A stretch of DNA of 64,000 bases from Candidatus Staskawiczbacteria bacterium. Lineage in GTDB: Bacteria > Patescibacteriota > Minisyncoccia > Minisyncoccales > Staskawiczbacteraceae. Of the stretch, positions 1 to 9,670 are shown in pieces. The notes below the pieces were generated by a model that was given only the letters and a program-made list of their open reading frames with translations, made no database searches and was not told the origin of the DNA. The stretch is from NCBI GenBank assembly GCA_026395175.1, contig JAPLZF010000019.1:3115-67114 (forward strand). Direction: 5' to 3'. Position 1 is the stretch's first letter; the number at the start of each line of letters is the position of its first letter. Position numbers and translations under genes: made by a program.

Positions 1-62
1 TCCATATTTTATGATTTTATATTCTAATTATAATCCTACAAAAAATGCTGTCAAATTTTTTG

Positions 63-1097
63 TTAATATTCTTTGGTCTTTTTGATTACGACCAGCTCGC
101 CCTTCATAACTTCATCTTTTATGGCTTTTACAACCTCGGGATGTTCTTTTAAATAGGTTTTTGCTCCTTCTGTTCCTTGACCCATTTTTTCTCCGTTATA
201 AGAGAAATAACTGCCAGATTGTTTTATTAGGCCACGGTCTATGGCAACTCTTAAAGCATCTCCAACTTTTGAAATTCCCTCGTTGTAATAAATATCAAAT
301 TCGGCAATTTTAAAGGGAGCCGCCACTTTATTTTTTACAATTTTGGCTTTTACTCTATTTCCAATAATTTCATCTCCAGATTTTATTTGAGCTGTTCTTG
401 CCAAGTTAACTCTTACCGAAGCATAAAATTTTAAAGCCATTCCGCCCGGAGTTGTTTCCGGATTTCCAAAAACCATTCCAATTTTCATTCTTGTCTGGTT
501 TAAAAATATAACCATTGTGTTTGTTTTAGACATCATCCCTGAAAGTTTTCTGCAGGCCTGGCTCATCAAACGCGCCTGAAGCCCCATGTGCTGATCACCA
601 ATTTCTCCTTCAATTTCCACACGCGGAGTTAAAGCTGCAACAGAATCAACCACAATAACTGCAATGCTTTCTGATTTTACAAGGGTTTCTACAATTTGCA
701 AGCCTTGCTCGCCAGAATCTGGCTGGGAGATTAAAAGATTATCTACATCAACGCCAATGCGCCTGGCGTAATCCGGGTCCATTGCGTGCTCGGCATCAAC
801 AAAAGCGCAGGTACCGCCCTTTTTTTGCGCCTCAGCTATCACGTGAAGCGATAATGTGGTTTTACCGGAAGATTCAGCGCCATATATTTCAATAATTCTG
901 CCTCTTGGCATTCCGCCAACTCCCAAAGCCAAATCCATGGCAATAGAACCAGTTGGCACAACATCAACATCAACAGCATGAATCTCGCGCATTGTCATAA
1001 TTGCGCCTTCCCCAAAGCGTTCTTTAATTTCACTAACCACGTTATTTAACGCCTTATTTTCCTTTTTATTTTCTTTTTCTTTCTTTTCTTTTACCAT
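63..1097 (-). CDS. recA: Recombinase RecA
   Basis: 344-aa ORF; Walker [37 protein letters not shown] loop region typical of bacterial RecA. Confidence 0.96.
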   Translation of the reverse strand: MVKEKKEKENKKENKALNNVVSEIKERFGEGAIMTMREIHAVDVDVVPTGSIAMDLALGVGGMPRGRIIEIYGAESSGKTTLSLHVIAEAQKKGGTCAFVDAEHAMDPDYARRIGVDVDNLLISQPDSGEQGLQIVETLVKSESIAVIVVDSVAALTPRVEIEGEIGDQHMGLQARLMSQACRKLSGMMSKTNTMVIFLNQTRMKIGMVFGNPETTPGGMALKFYASVRVNLARTAQIKSGDEIIGNRVKAKIVKNKVAAPFKIAEFDIYYNEGISKVGDALRVAIDRGLIKQSGSYFSYNGEKMGQGTEGAKTYLKEHPEVVKAIKDEVMKGELVVIKKTKEY

Positions 1098-1130
1098 GTT
1101 TAAATTATTTTAATAATTACAAAATTAAAA

Positions 1131-3371
1131 TTAAACTTTTTTCCAGTCAGAGTCTTCTTCGGATTCATCTAAACCTCCACCGGGAACTAATTTTACATTG
1201 CCTGCATTGTTTGGGCTTCCAAAAACTTCGCGCGGTTTGGCTCCGTCGGCAGGGCCAACAAGTCCCTGTTCTTCAAGCATATCAATCAGTCTTGCAGCCC
1301 TTGAATAGCCAATTCGCAGCCTTCTTTGCAAAAATGAAGCAGATGCTTTTTTGGTTTCCAAAACAATGGATTTCACTTCTTCAAACAAAGGGTCATTGTC
1401 TGCTCCGCCAAAAAATTCTCCGCCTTCACCGCCCTTGCCATTTGCTACAGCTTCAGACCTCTCCAAACTTTCTGCCAAGCTTTGGCTTAAGGCTGTCTGC
1501 GGGTCTTCCATTTTTTTGCCCTGGTCTATAATATAGTTGGCAACTTTTTGAACTTCTTTTTCTGTAATATACGGACCCTGCACCCTGATAATTTTTGAAG
1601 ATTTTGAAGATAAGAAAAGCATATCTCCAGAACCAATTAACTTTTCAGCTCCAGAGGTGTCAATAACTGTTCTTGAATCAATTTGCGAAGAAACTTGAAA
1701 TGTAATTCTGGTTGGCACATTGGCTTTAATCAAGCCGGTAATAACTTCAACCGACGGCCTCTGCGTTGCCAGCACTAAATGGATGCCGGTTGCCCTTGCC
1801 ATTTGCGCCAATCTTACAACTCCAGCCTCAATTTCTCTTCCTTTTGCCGCCATCAAGTCTGCCAATTCATCAACCACAAAAACAATGTAGGGCAGTTGCA
1901 AACCCGAAGCAATAATAGATTTATTCTGGTTATATGTGGCAAGATTTCTTGCAGGCACTTCTGAAAATACCTCAAAACGCCTTTCCATTTCTCTTGTCAG
2001 CCACTGCAAGGCATTTATTGTTTTTGTGGCGTCATAAATTACCGGGCACAGCAAATGCGGAATGTCATTGTAGTGCTGGAATTCAACTCTTTTCGGGTCA
2101 ACCATAATCAAGCGCAAATTTTCCGGAGTGCATTTATATAACAAGCTCAAAATTAAAGTATTCAAAAAAATTGTTTTTCCTGTTCCAGTTGCTCCGGCAA
2201 CCAGCAAGTGCGGGCCATCAACAATATCTGTATAAACCGGCGCGCCGGAAACATTTCTGCCCAAAGCAATCATTAAAGGGCTTGTGGCATTTTGAAAAGC
2301 TGTTTGCGACATTAAATTTCTTAATGTTACAGTAGACCTCACTTTGTTAGGCACTTCAATTCCCACCAAAGATTTGCCCGGAATTGGAGCTTCAATTCTA
2401 ATAGGATGTGCAGCAAGTGCGAGCGCGAGATTATTAGATAAGGTTGTAATTTTTGAAAGTTTTACCCCTTCGGCAGGCTTGAAAGCATATTGGGTAACCG
2501 TAGGTCCCACATTAACTTCTGCCATTTCAACAGGAATTCCAAAATTTTCCAGCGTACTCTTAATTATCATTGAGTTTTCTTTTATATTTCCGGAAGTTGG
2601 AGCTGCCTCATTTTTATTAAGCAAATCCAAAGGCGGTAAAACATAATTATTTTTGTTTGCTGAAGGTTTTCTAATTTCTGCCTTCTCTGCTCCATCATCG
2701 CCCTTTTTAAACAATGTCATTTTTGAATTTGCAGGTTTTGCAGATGGTTTTTCCTGTATGCCTTTAATTTTTACTTCCTCTTCTTGTTTGTTTATTGCAA
2801 AAGTTGGTTTGTCTTCTTTTTCTTTTTCCTTCTTTTCTCCCCATGGAATAAATTGCAGGAAAATAAACAATCCAATCAACAAAACAACCGCAAAAACAAT
2901 GTTGGCAACAATAATTCCAAAAAATTTAAAAAGTAAAAGCCCCAACAAATATCCTATCCAGTTGCCGTTGTGAACCGGCAAATCTTTAACTGCCAAAATT
3001 CCAGATATTCCAATAACAGAAATTATAACTGCCAATCCCATTGCCAAATCTTTACCTTTTTTTCTGGTTTTTAAAAATATTAATCCCGAAACAAACAAAA
3101 ATAAGGGTATTGTGTAAAATGCCTTTCCAATTAAAAAGTCGCAAACCTTTACGAAAAGCTCGCCGGCATATCCTGCCTTATCAAAATATGGAAAAGACAA
3201 AACCACAATTACGGCAACTAAAAAAAGCAAAGTTGCTTTTATCCAGCGTTTTGTCCAATTGCTTAAAAGGGAATTTTTTACCTTCTCATCTTTTCCATTT
3301 CTGCCATTCTTTCCATTTCCATTATTCCTATTTTTATTATATTTTTTATCTTCTTTATCTCTTTTCGCCAT
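1131..3371 (-). CDS. ftsK: DNA translocase FtsK/SpoIIIE
   Basis: 746-aa ORF; N-terminal TM helices, linker, motor domain with Walker A GATGTGKT, DELADLM, and C-terminal winged-helix gamma domain (ASASFLQRRLRIGYSRAARLIDMLEE). Confidence 0.92.
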   Translation of the reverse strand: MAKRDKEDKKYNKNRNNGNGKNGRNGKDEKVKNSLLSNWTKRWIKATLLFLVAVIVVLSFPYFDKAGYAGELFVKVCDFLIGKAFYTIPLFLFVSGLIFLKTRKKGKDLAMGLAVIISVIGISGILAVKDLPVHNGNWIGYLLGLLLFKFFGIIVANIVFAVVLLIGLFIFLQFIPWGEKKEKEKEDKPTFAINKQEEEVKIKGIQEKPSAKPANSKMTLFKKGDDGAEKAEIRKPSANKNNYVLPPLDLLNKNEAAPTSGNIKENSMIIKSTLENFGIPVEMAEVNVGPTVTQYAFKPAEGVKLSKITTLSNNLALALAAHPIRIEAPIPGKSLVGIEVPNKVRSTVTLRNLMSQTAFQNATSPLMIALGRNVSGAPVYTDIVDGPHLLVAGATGTGKTIFLNTLILSLLYKCTPENLRLIMVDPKRVEFQHYNDIPHLLCPVIYDATKTINALQWLTREMERRFEVFSEVPARNLATYNQNKSIIASGLQLPYIVFVVDELADLMAAKGREIEAGVVRLAQMARATGIHLVLATQRPSVEVITGLIKANVPTRITFQVSSQIDSRTVIDTSGAEKLIGSGDMLFLSSKSSKIIRVQGPYITEKEVQKVANYIIDQGKKMEDPQTALSQSLAESLERSEAVANGKGGEGGEFFGGADNDPLFEEVKSIVLETKKASASFLQRRLRIGYSRAARLIDMLEEQGLVGPADGAKPREVFGSPNNAGNVKLVPGGGLDESEEDSDWKKV

Positions 3372-3640
3372 GTGATTTTATAGAGCGTAGCGAATAAAAT
3401 CATCCCGAGTCCCTACGGGACGAGGGAATGCCTTATCAAAAAATTAAACTCTAAATTACTTCATTATATCACTTCAGCATTTTCATTCAAGTTCACCCTG
3501 TTAAATAATTTTGCTTTGCAAAATTAAAATCCAAAGGATTTTATTTAACATGGTAAATTTTTGCACAATAAAAAAGGCCTCCAGTCCACCGAAGCGAACC
3601 ATTGGCCTCAACGCCATTCATATCAGAACGGGCGTATCAA

Positions 3641-4072
3641 CTACACACGGAAAATCTCCTTTGTTCGGCAGTCGATATCCAATCCCGTCCCTTTAGGAAC
3701 GGTAAGATACGGTAACCTGACATTCAGATGTGTCTTCCCAAACCATTTTGGAAAAAGCTCTACTTGAACGTGGGCGACTACCACCACGGTTTCAGCTTGA
3801 TTTGTATGGGCAGAAATTAGTGAGACCAATTTCTGGTTATCCCACTCGTCATAGAGAAACCTGTGGCTTTCAAAAGTTGTGCTAAATTTCTCGGCGATGA
3901 TCATGGCGCTGTCAATTGCGCGCGGCGCAGTAGAAGAAAGAACCAGCATTGAACTCCCATTAATATTATCGGCGAGTACCTCTGCTAATTCTACAATCTG
4001 TTGCCGCCCCGTATCGGATAGATGGCCGTCAAGACCATAATCTCCGTGCCTAACCAAAACTAGTCTTTCCAT
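3641..4072 (-). CDS. Histidine phosphatase family protein (SixA/phosphoglycerate-mutase-like)
   Basis: 143-aa ORF starting MERLVLVRHGDY (RHG motif) with later VVAHV; GGAG RBS upstream; visibly GC-richer than flanks. Confidence 0.6.
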   Translation of the reverse strand: MERLVLVRHGDYGLDGHLSDTGRQQIVELAEVLADNINGSSMLVLSSTAPRAIDSAMIIAEKFSTTFESHRFLYDEWDNQKLVSLISAHTNQAETVVVVAHVQVELFPKWFGKTHLNVRLPYLTVPKGTGLDIDCRTKEIFRV

Positions 4073-4160
4073 GTTATATCTCCTTTTTTGATATCAAGGT
4101 TCGGGTTTGCATTTATATAATATCATTATAAAATAATTATGTCAAGAGGTTAGCAACAAA

Positions 4161-4190
4161 AATACCCCACCGGGTTAGGGTGAAGTATTT
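4161..4190 (-). terminator. Hairpin plus U-run downstream of the 4230..4772 gene
   Basis: minus strand AUACUUCACC-loop-GGUGGGGUAU (two G-U pairs) followed by UUUUUG. Confidence 0.45.
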
Positions 4191-4195
4191 TTGAA

Positions 4196-4233
4196 ATAGT
4201 AGGTTTTTTGGCTCGAGCCAAAAAACCTACTAT
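4196..4233. repeat. 38-bp perfect palindrome, family 2 copy 1 (ATAGTAGGTTTTTTGGCTCGAGCCAAAAAACCTACTAT)
   Basis: read directly; centred on CTCGAG; overlaps stop codon of the 4230..4772 gene. Confidence 0.9.
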
Positions 4234-4772
4234 AATCCGAACTTTAATTTAATTTTGTCCTGATTGTCTATAAAATCTAACAGCCCAAATCTGACATATT
4301 TTTCAAGCTTAAATAATTTTACAAAGTCATCAACTTCCTTTTTACAATCATATGGGTGCAAAAAAATGCTTTCTTGTAACTCATAAAACCCTCCCATTTT
4401 TAACCTATAATTAAGAGCATTCCTGCCCTTTCTGCATTCGTTAGGTATATCAAAAGCTACCATGCGCCACTTGCCATCCCATTTTTCTTTTTTGTTGTTA
4501 AGTCTTCTAAATCTAAAATTGATCGCTCGAAGTAATCCCCTCTCAGTTAAAGAAACCAAAACAGCCCCTTCGTAATTTTTCTTTTTCTCAATTAACTTTT
4601 CCTTTTTAAGGTCGTAAACCGCAGTGCTTAATTGTTTTGAGCTAAAATTATGTATGTCTTTAAGCACATCATTCAAAAGAAAAAATCTGGCATCATCACG
4701 CCCACCAACTCGACACTGTTCGGTTTGATAATATATGTTCCACAATATTTCTTCTATAATTTGATTCTTCAT
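4230..4772 (-). CDS. PaaX-family / Cas2-fold (VapD-like) domain protein
   Basis: 180-aa ORF; segment WDGKWRMVAFDIPNECRKGRNALNYRLKMGGFYELQESIFLHPY resembles the Cas2-like ferredoxin fold found in PaaX C-terminal regions; assignment by eye only. Confidence 0.5.
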   Translation of the reverse strand: MKNQIIEEILWNIYYQTEQCRVGGRDDARFFLLNDVLKDIHNFSSKQLSTAVYDLKKEKLIEKKKNYEGAVLVSLTERGLLRAINFRFRRLNNKKEKWDGKWRMVAFDIPNECRKGRNALNYRLKMGGFYELQESIFLHPYDCKKEVDDFVKLFKLEKYVRFGLLDFIDNQDKIKLKFGL

Positions 4773-4821
4773 GTTTAGATGTCTTTATATGTTTTATTAT
4801 ACCAAAATTCTTTTCTTTCAT

Positions 4822-4859
4822 ATAGTAGATTTTTTGGCTCGAGCCAAAAAACCTACTAT
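4822..4859. repeat. Palindrome family 2 copy 2 (one mismatch)
   Basis: ATAGTAGATTTTTTGGCTCGAGCCAAAAAACCTACTAT, 50 nt upstream of the 4230..4772 gene start. Confidence 0.9.
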
Positions 4860-5003
4860 TCTCTGTTCCTTTTATTTTTTATGTCAGCTATTTTCTATCT
4901 CACGTAAAAAAAAAATACAAAAAAAGAGCGCTGGGCGAACCATGCGCTATGTGATGCTGTATCGCCTGATTTTCGCGCTTACGCGCAATTATCATTTGAT
5001 GGG

Positions 5004-5234
5004 TCAGCGTCCAGTTCCTTCATTGTCGTCCTTAGTTGTAGTTCCCCAAATCATTATCTGAGAGAAAGTGGGAAGTAAGAGGAACCATAACACGACAAGT
5101 TCTGAACTGACTCGCTTCTTCGCCAGAGCTTTCTCCGCTGGGCTAAGTATTTTGTAGGATTCTATTCCCACATTTATACAATAGCCCGCTACACACCAAA
5201 GAAAAAACCCTAAAGCTAGTATGAAATATACCAT
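5004..5234 (-). CDS. Small hypothetical membrane protein (76 aa)
   Basis: two hydrophobic helices; strong SD GGAGGTG 7 nt upstream of ATG; lies in a GC-richer patch; hairpin plus T-run downstream (about 4921..4950). Confidence 0.4.
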   Translation of the reverse strand: MVYFILALGFFLWCVAGYCINVGIESYKILSPAEKALAKKRVSSELVVLWFLLLPTFSQIMIWGTTTKDDNEGTGR

Positions 5235-5346
5235 GGCAATTCACCTCCCTTCAGAAGTTTAGCTTGCCTGCCGTCCCACGATGCGGGAATTATTGTCAAG
5301 TTACACACGTCAATCGTATAATTTATTTCATATATTGTCAATTTTT

Positions 5347-5383
5347 ACAACAAAATACCCCACTTTTTTGAAGTGGGGTATTT
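5347..5383 (-). terminator. rpoC intrinsic terminator
   Basis: AAATACCCCACTT-loop-AAGTGGGGTATTT perfect stem followed by T-run on minus strand, 10 nt after rpoC stop. Confidence 0.75.
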
Positions 5384-5393
5384 GCTAATTTTT

Positions 5394-8300
5394 TTATTCC
5401 TCTTCGTCTTTGACTTTTGGAATAAAGCCTGTGCCTACTGGAATTAATTTTCCAATAATTACGTTTTCTTTTAATCCGCGAAGTTTGTCTTCTTTGCCTT
5501 CAAGACATGCTTTAATTAAAACTCTTGAGGTTTGCTGAAAGGAAGCCGCTGACAAGAATGATTCTGAGTTTAAGGCAACTTCAGAAATTCCAAGCAATAT
5601 TTGCACGCCGGTTGGCGGAATTTTTTTGTCTTTCTTCAACCTGTCGCATTCTTCGTTGAAAATTTCTCTTTCAACAACTTCTCCCCTTATCCAGTCAGAT
5701 TCGCCCTCTTCTTTAACTTTCACTCTTGAAAACATCTTTTGGATAATTACTTCAATGTGTTTGTCGTTAATATCAACACCCTGTGAAGAATAAATTTTCT
5801 GCACTTCCTGCAAAATATATCTTTGGGTTGGTTCAACGCCGGCAGATTTGTAAAGCTTTTTTAAATCCAAACTTCCTTCGCACAATGGTTGGTTTTCCTT
5901 AATTTCCTGGCCTTTTTCAACAATAATTGCAATTCTGCCGGGAATTTTGTATTCCATTGTTTCTTTTTTCAAAGCTGATTTCTTGCCTTCTTTTTCTTGT
6001 GCCACGGGCTGAATTCTAATAATTCTGTTTTCTTCATCAATTGAAAGAACTTTTCCTGCTGTCAAAGACATTATTGCTTCTCCTTTTGGCGCTCTGCATT
6101 CAAAAATTTCTTCAATTCTTGGCAAACCTTGCGTAATGTCGCCTGCTCCCACAATTCCTCCCAAATGGTGAGTTCTTAAAGTAAGCTGTGTGCCAGGTTC
6201 TCCAATTGCTTGAGCTGCAACAATTCCAACTGCCTCTCCCAATTTAATTGAAGCATTTCTGCCCAAATCCCAGCCATAACATTTTTGACAAACTCTCTGA
6301 GAAGATTTGCAGGTTAATGGTGAAGCAACAATTACTCTTTCTATTTTTTCATCAACTGCAATTGCTTTGGCAGCCTGCCAATTTATAATTTCGCCTTTCT
6401 TTACTGAAATATCTCCTGATTGGACTGATTCTAAAGCAGTTCTGCCGACAATTTTGAAAACAAAATCTTGTTCAATTAAGTCTGCGTCTTTTTTGTAAAC
6501 AACCAAGCCTGCTTTGTCTCCGCAGTCTTCGTCGGTAATAATTACGTCGTGAGCCACGTCAACCAATCTTCTTGTTAAATATCCTGCAGAAGAAGTTCTT
6601 AAGGCTGTGTCGGCTGTTCCTTTTCTGGCTCCGTGAGTTGAAATGAAATATTCCAATACATTAAAGCCTTCGGTAAAAGATGATTTCACCGGAAGCTCAA
6701 TAATATCTCCTGAAGGATTGTTCACCAAACCTTTCATTCCTGCCATCTGGACGGGTTGGGCCCAAGTGGCTCTGGCGCCGGCTGTAATAATTGACATAAC
6801 CGGACCATCTGGCGGTAAAGTGGTTTTCAACAAGGCTTCAAGTTTTGTTTTGACTGTCTGCCAAATTAAAATCTTCTGAGATGTTTTTTCATCTGGGCTC
6901 AAAAGTCCTTTTTCAAAGTGGCTGTCAATTTTTCTTACTTCATCTTCTGCTGCGTCAACCAATTCTTTCTTTTCTTTTGGAACAATCAAGTCATCCATTC
7001 CCCATGAAACGCCAGATAACGTGCAATATTCAAATCCCAATGTTTTAATTCTGTCTATAATTACAACTGCTTCCTCATTTGGATATTTTTCAATAATTTC
7101 TCGGACAATGCCTTTTAATTGTTTGTTATCAACCAATCTGTTCACAAAAGGATAGTCATACGGCAAAACATCATTCAAAATTAATCTGCCCACGGTTGTC
7201 TCAATCATTTCAATCTTTTCAACGTTTTTTGGACTTGGAACTTTTATCAAATCGTTTTGGCCCAAAAATCCATATTCAAAAGCTGTTGTGGCTTCCGAAG
7301 CGCTTGAGTATGTTTTTATTTTTTTTGTGTCTGAAACATCCTGCAATCTGTTTAGTTTTGTCAAAAAGTAGCAACCCAAAGCAATGTCGCGGAATGGTCC
7401 AATTACCGGCATTCCGGTTGCAGGCCTTAAAAGATTTAATGTTGAAAGCATAATTTCTCTGGCTTCTTTTTGAGCCTCGTCTGACAAAGGCAAATAAACC
7501 GCCATTTGGTCGCCGTCAAAGTCAGAGTTGAAGGCTTCGCAAACCAACGGATGTAATTTTATTGTTTCTCCTTCTGTCAAAATTGGTCTAAATGCTTGAA
7601 TGCCAAGCCTGTGCAAAGTTGGAGCCCTGTTCAACAGAACCAACTTGTCTTTGATAATTTCTTCTAAAATTGCCCAGACATCCGGGGTTTTTTCTTCAAC
7701 CAATCTGGCAGCTCCCCTAATGTTGTAAGCCAATTCTTTGTCTAAAATTCTTTTGATTACAAATGGTTTGAAAATTTCCAAAGCCAATGTTTTTGGCAAA
7801 CCGCATTGAGAAAATTTTAATTCTGGCCCCACCGCAATAACAGATCTGCCAGAATAGTCCACACGTTTTCCCAAAAGGTTTTGTCTGAATCTTCCCTGTT
7901 TTCCTGCCAAAATGGCGGCCAAAGATTTTAACAATCTTTTGCCTCCTGTGGTTGCGGTTGTCGTGACTCCTTTTCTCATTTCGTTGTCAATTAAGGCGTC
8001 AACAGCTTCCTGCAACATTCTTTTTTCGTTACGCACAATTACCGGCGGAGCTTTTATTTCCTGCAAATATTTTAACCTGTTGTTTCTGTTGATGACTCTT
8101 CTGTACAAATCGTTTAAGTCAGAAGAAGCGTATCTTCCGCCGTCCAACTGAACCATTGGTCTTAAATCTGGCGGCAAAACAGGCAAAACATCCAGAAACA
8201 TCCATTCTGGCTTAACTCCCGCTTTCAGCATTCCCTGAAAAAGTTTTAACCTTCGTAAAATTTTCTTTTTTGTTGCCGGCGGAGCATTTCTGGCTTCCTC

Positions 8301-8996
8301 GGCAATTAATTCTGTTTCCTTTTTTAAATCAATTTTTTCAAAAATCTTTTTCACAACTTCAGCTCCTGTTCCCGCCTCAAAAACTTCTCCATATTTCATG
8401 GACAAAGTATGATAAACAACTTCAGACAAAATTCTCATTTCCTTAATTTCTAAAACTTCTTCCTTGGCTTTTTCTCTTGCCTGTTTTAAGTCATTTTTGG
8501 CGGCTTCTGTTTTTTCTTTCTTCACTTTTGACTTGTATTCTGATTCAATTGCATCCAAAATTCCGTCTCTGGCTTTTTCGTCAACTTTTGTAATAATATA
8601 TGAAGAAAAATAAATAACTTTTTCCAGTTGCTGAGATGATTTATCCAAAACCAAACCCATTCTTGAAGGAACTCCCCTTAAAAACCAAATGTGAGATACC
8701 GGAGTATATAATTTAATGTGCCCCATTCTTTCTCTTCTTACAGATGACTTTGTAACTTCAACTCCGCATCTGTCGCAGACAACCCCTTTGTATCTTATTC
8801 TTTTATATTTTCCGCAAGCGCATTCGTAATCTTTTTCAGGACCGAAAATTCTTTCATCAAAAAGCCCGTCCTTTTCAGGCTTTTGAGTTCTATAATTAAT
8901 TGTTTCCGGTTTAATTACTTCTCCGTGAGACCAGGACATTACATCCTCGGGAGAGGCAATTTTGATTCTTATTGATTCTAAGTCTAATACTCGCAT
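5394..8996 (-). CDS. rpoC: DNA-directed RNA polymerase subunit beta'
   Basis: 1200-aa ORF; zinc-binding CxxC motifs near N-terminus, NADFDGDQM catalytic motif (here NSDFDGDQMAV). Confidence 0.98.
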   Translation of the reverse strand: MRVLDLESIRIKIASPEDVMSWSHGEVIKPETINYRTQKPEKDGLFDERIFGPEKDYECACGKYKRIRYKGVVCDRCGVEVTKSSVRRERMGHIKLYTPVSHIWFLRGVPSRMGLVLDKSSQQLEKVIYFSSYIITKVDEKARDGILDAIESEYKSKVKKEKTEAAKNDLKQAREKAKEEVLEIKEMRILSEVVYHTLSMKYGEVFEAGTGAEVVKKIFEKIDLKKETELIAEEARNAPPATKKKILRRLKLFQGMLKAGVKPEWMFLDVLPVLPPDLRPMVQLDGGRYASSDLNDLYRRVINRNNRLKYLQEIKAPPVIVRNEKRMLQEAVDALIDNEMRKGVTTTATTGGKRLLKSLAAILAGKQGRFRQNLLGKRVDYSGRSVIAVGPELKFSQCGLPKTLALEIFKPFVIKRILDKELAYNIRGAARLVEEKTPDVWAILEEIIKDKLVLLNRAPTLHRLGIQAFRPILTEGETIKLHPLVCEAFNSDFDGDQMAVYLPLSDEAQKEAREIMLSTLNLLRPATGMPVIGPFRDIALGCYFLTKLNRLQDVSDTKKIKTYSSASEATTAFEYGFLGQNDLIKVPSPKNVEKIEMIETTVGRLILNDVLPYDYPFVNRLVDNKQLKGIVREIIEKYPNEEAVVIIDRIKTLGFEYCTLSGVSWGMDDLIVPKEKKELVDAAEDEVRKIDSHFEKGLLSPDEKTSQKILIWQTVKTKLEALLKTTLPPDGPVMSIITAGARATWAQPVQMAGMKGLVNNPSGDIIELPVKSSFTEGFNVLEYFISTHGARKGTADTALRTSSAGYLTRRLVDVAHDVIITDEDCGDKAGLVVYKKDADLIEQDFVFKIVGRTALESVQSGDISVKKGEIINWQAAKAIAVDEKIERVIVASPLTCKSSQRVCQKCYGWDLGRNASIKLGEAVGIVAAQAIGEPGTQLTLRTHHLGGIVGAGDITQGLPRIEEIFECRAPKGEAIMSLTAGKVLSIDEENRIIRIQPVAQEKEGKKSALKKETMEYKIPGRIAIIVEKGQEIKENQPLCEGSLDLKKLYKSAGVEPTQRYILQEVQKIYSSQGVDINDKHIEVIIQKMFSRVKVKEEGESDWIRGEVVEREIFNEECDRLKKDKKIPPTGVQILLGISEVALNSESFLSAASFQQTSRVLIKACLEGKEDKLRGLKENVIIGKLIPVGTGFIPKVKDEEE

Positions 8997-9094
8997 AATT
9001 TTCGAGCGAAGCGAGGAAATTACACTGAGCTTTAGATGGATATATCGGTTTCATTATCTAAAGCGAAGTGTATGCCTTGCTAGTTTTTAATTTT

Positions 9095-9670
9095 TTATTT
9101 CGCAAATTTAAAAGTGGAAAGTATTTGAGACACGTCGCTATTAAAAGAAAAAATATCAATAACATAAACTAAATTATTTTTTTCTAAAATATACGTAGCA
9201 CTAGTGTCCGTTTTTGGGTCCCTGCCAAAATAAAACTTTTCAGCTCGAAGTCCATTTATATAAACTGTTTCTCTTGTATGAGTTGCCTTATTACTTAACC
9301 ATGAATCTATATTTCCGCTTTGGATATACAAATCTAGACCAATAGGCACACCATTCGGCTCGCCAATTGCTGATATTTGCATCCAATGAAGAGTTTTTCC
9401 CTCAGGAGTTTCAACAAATAAGCTCCACTTATCAGCTGGATATTTTATAGAAAATCCATACTGAGAATTTGTATATGTTTTCCAACCAGCAGTTTGGGTT
9501 TGGATTTGGTTGGTTTTTTGGCTCGAGCCAAAAAACTTACTATTTTGTTGTGCTTTTGTTGCAAATGTTGCAAAATATTGCCAAGCAAAAACTCCGCCGA
9601 AAAGAATAATTGCTATGGCGATGATAATTATGATGCCGACTAACGTTGAAATTCCTTTTTGTTTTTGCAT
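9095..9670 (-). CDS. Hypothetical membrane-anchored protein inserted between rpoB and rpoC
   Basis: 191-aa ORF; N-terminal TM helix (LVGIIIIIAIAIILFGGVFAW) then soluble domain; contains palindrome family 2 copy 3 in frame. Confidence 0.5.
   Translation of the reverse strand: MQKQKGISTLVGIIIIIAIAIILFGGVFAWQYFATFATKAQQNSKFFGSSQKTNQIQTQTAGWKTYTNSQYGFSIKYPADKWSLFVETPEGKTLHWMQISAIGEPNGVPIGLDLYIQSGNIDSWLSNKATHTRETVYINGLRAEKFYFGRDPKTDTSATYILEKNNLVYVIDIFSFNSDVSQILSTFKFAK
9507..9543. repeat. Palindrome family 2 copy 3 (degenerate arms) inside a CDS
   Basis: GGTTTTTTGGCTCGAGCCAAAAAAC core identical to copies 1 and 2; encodes KFFGSSQKT in the 191-aa ORF. Confidence 0.8.
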
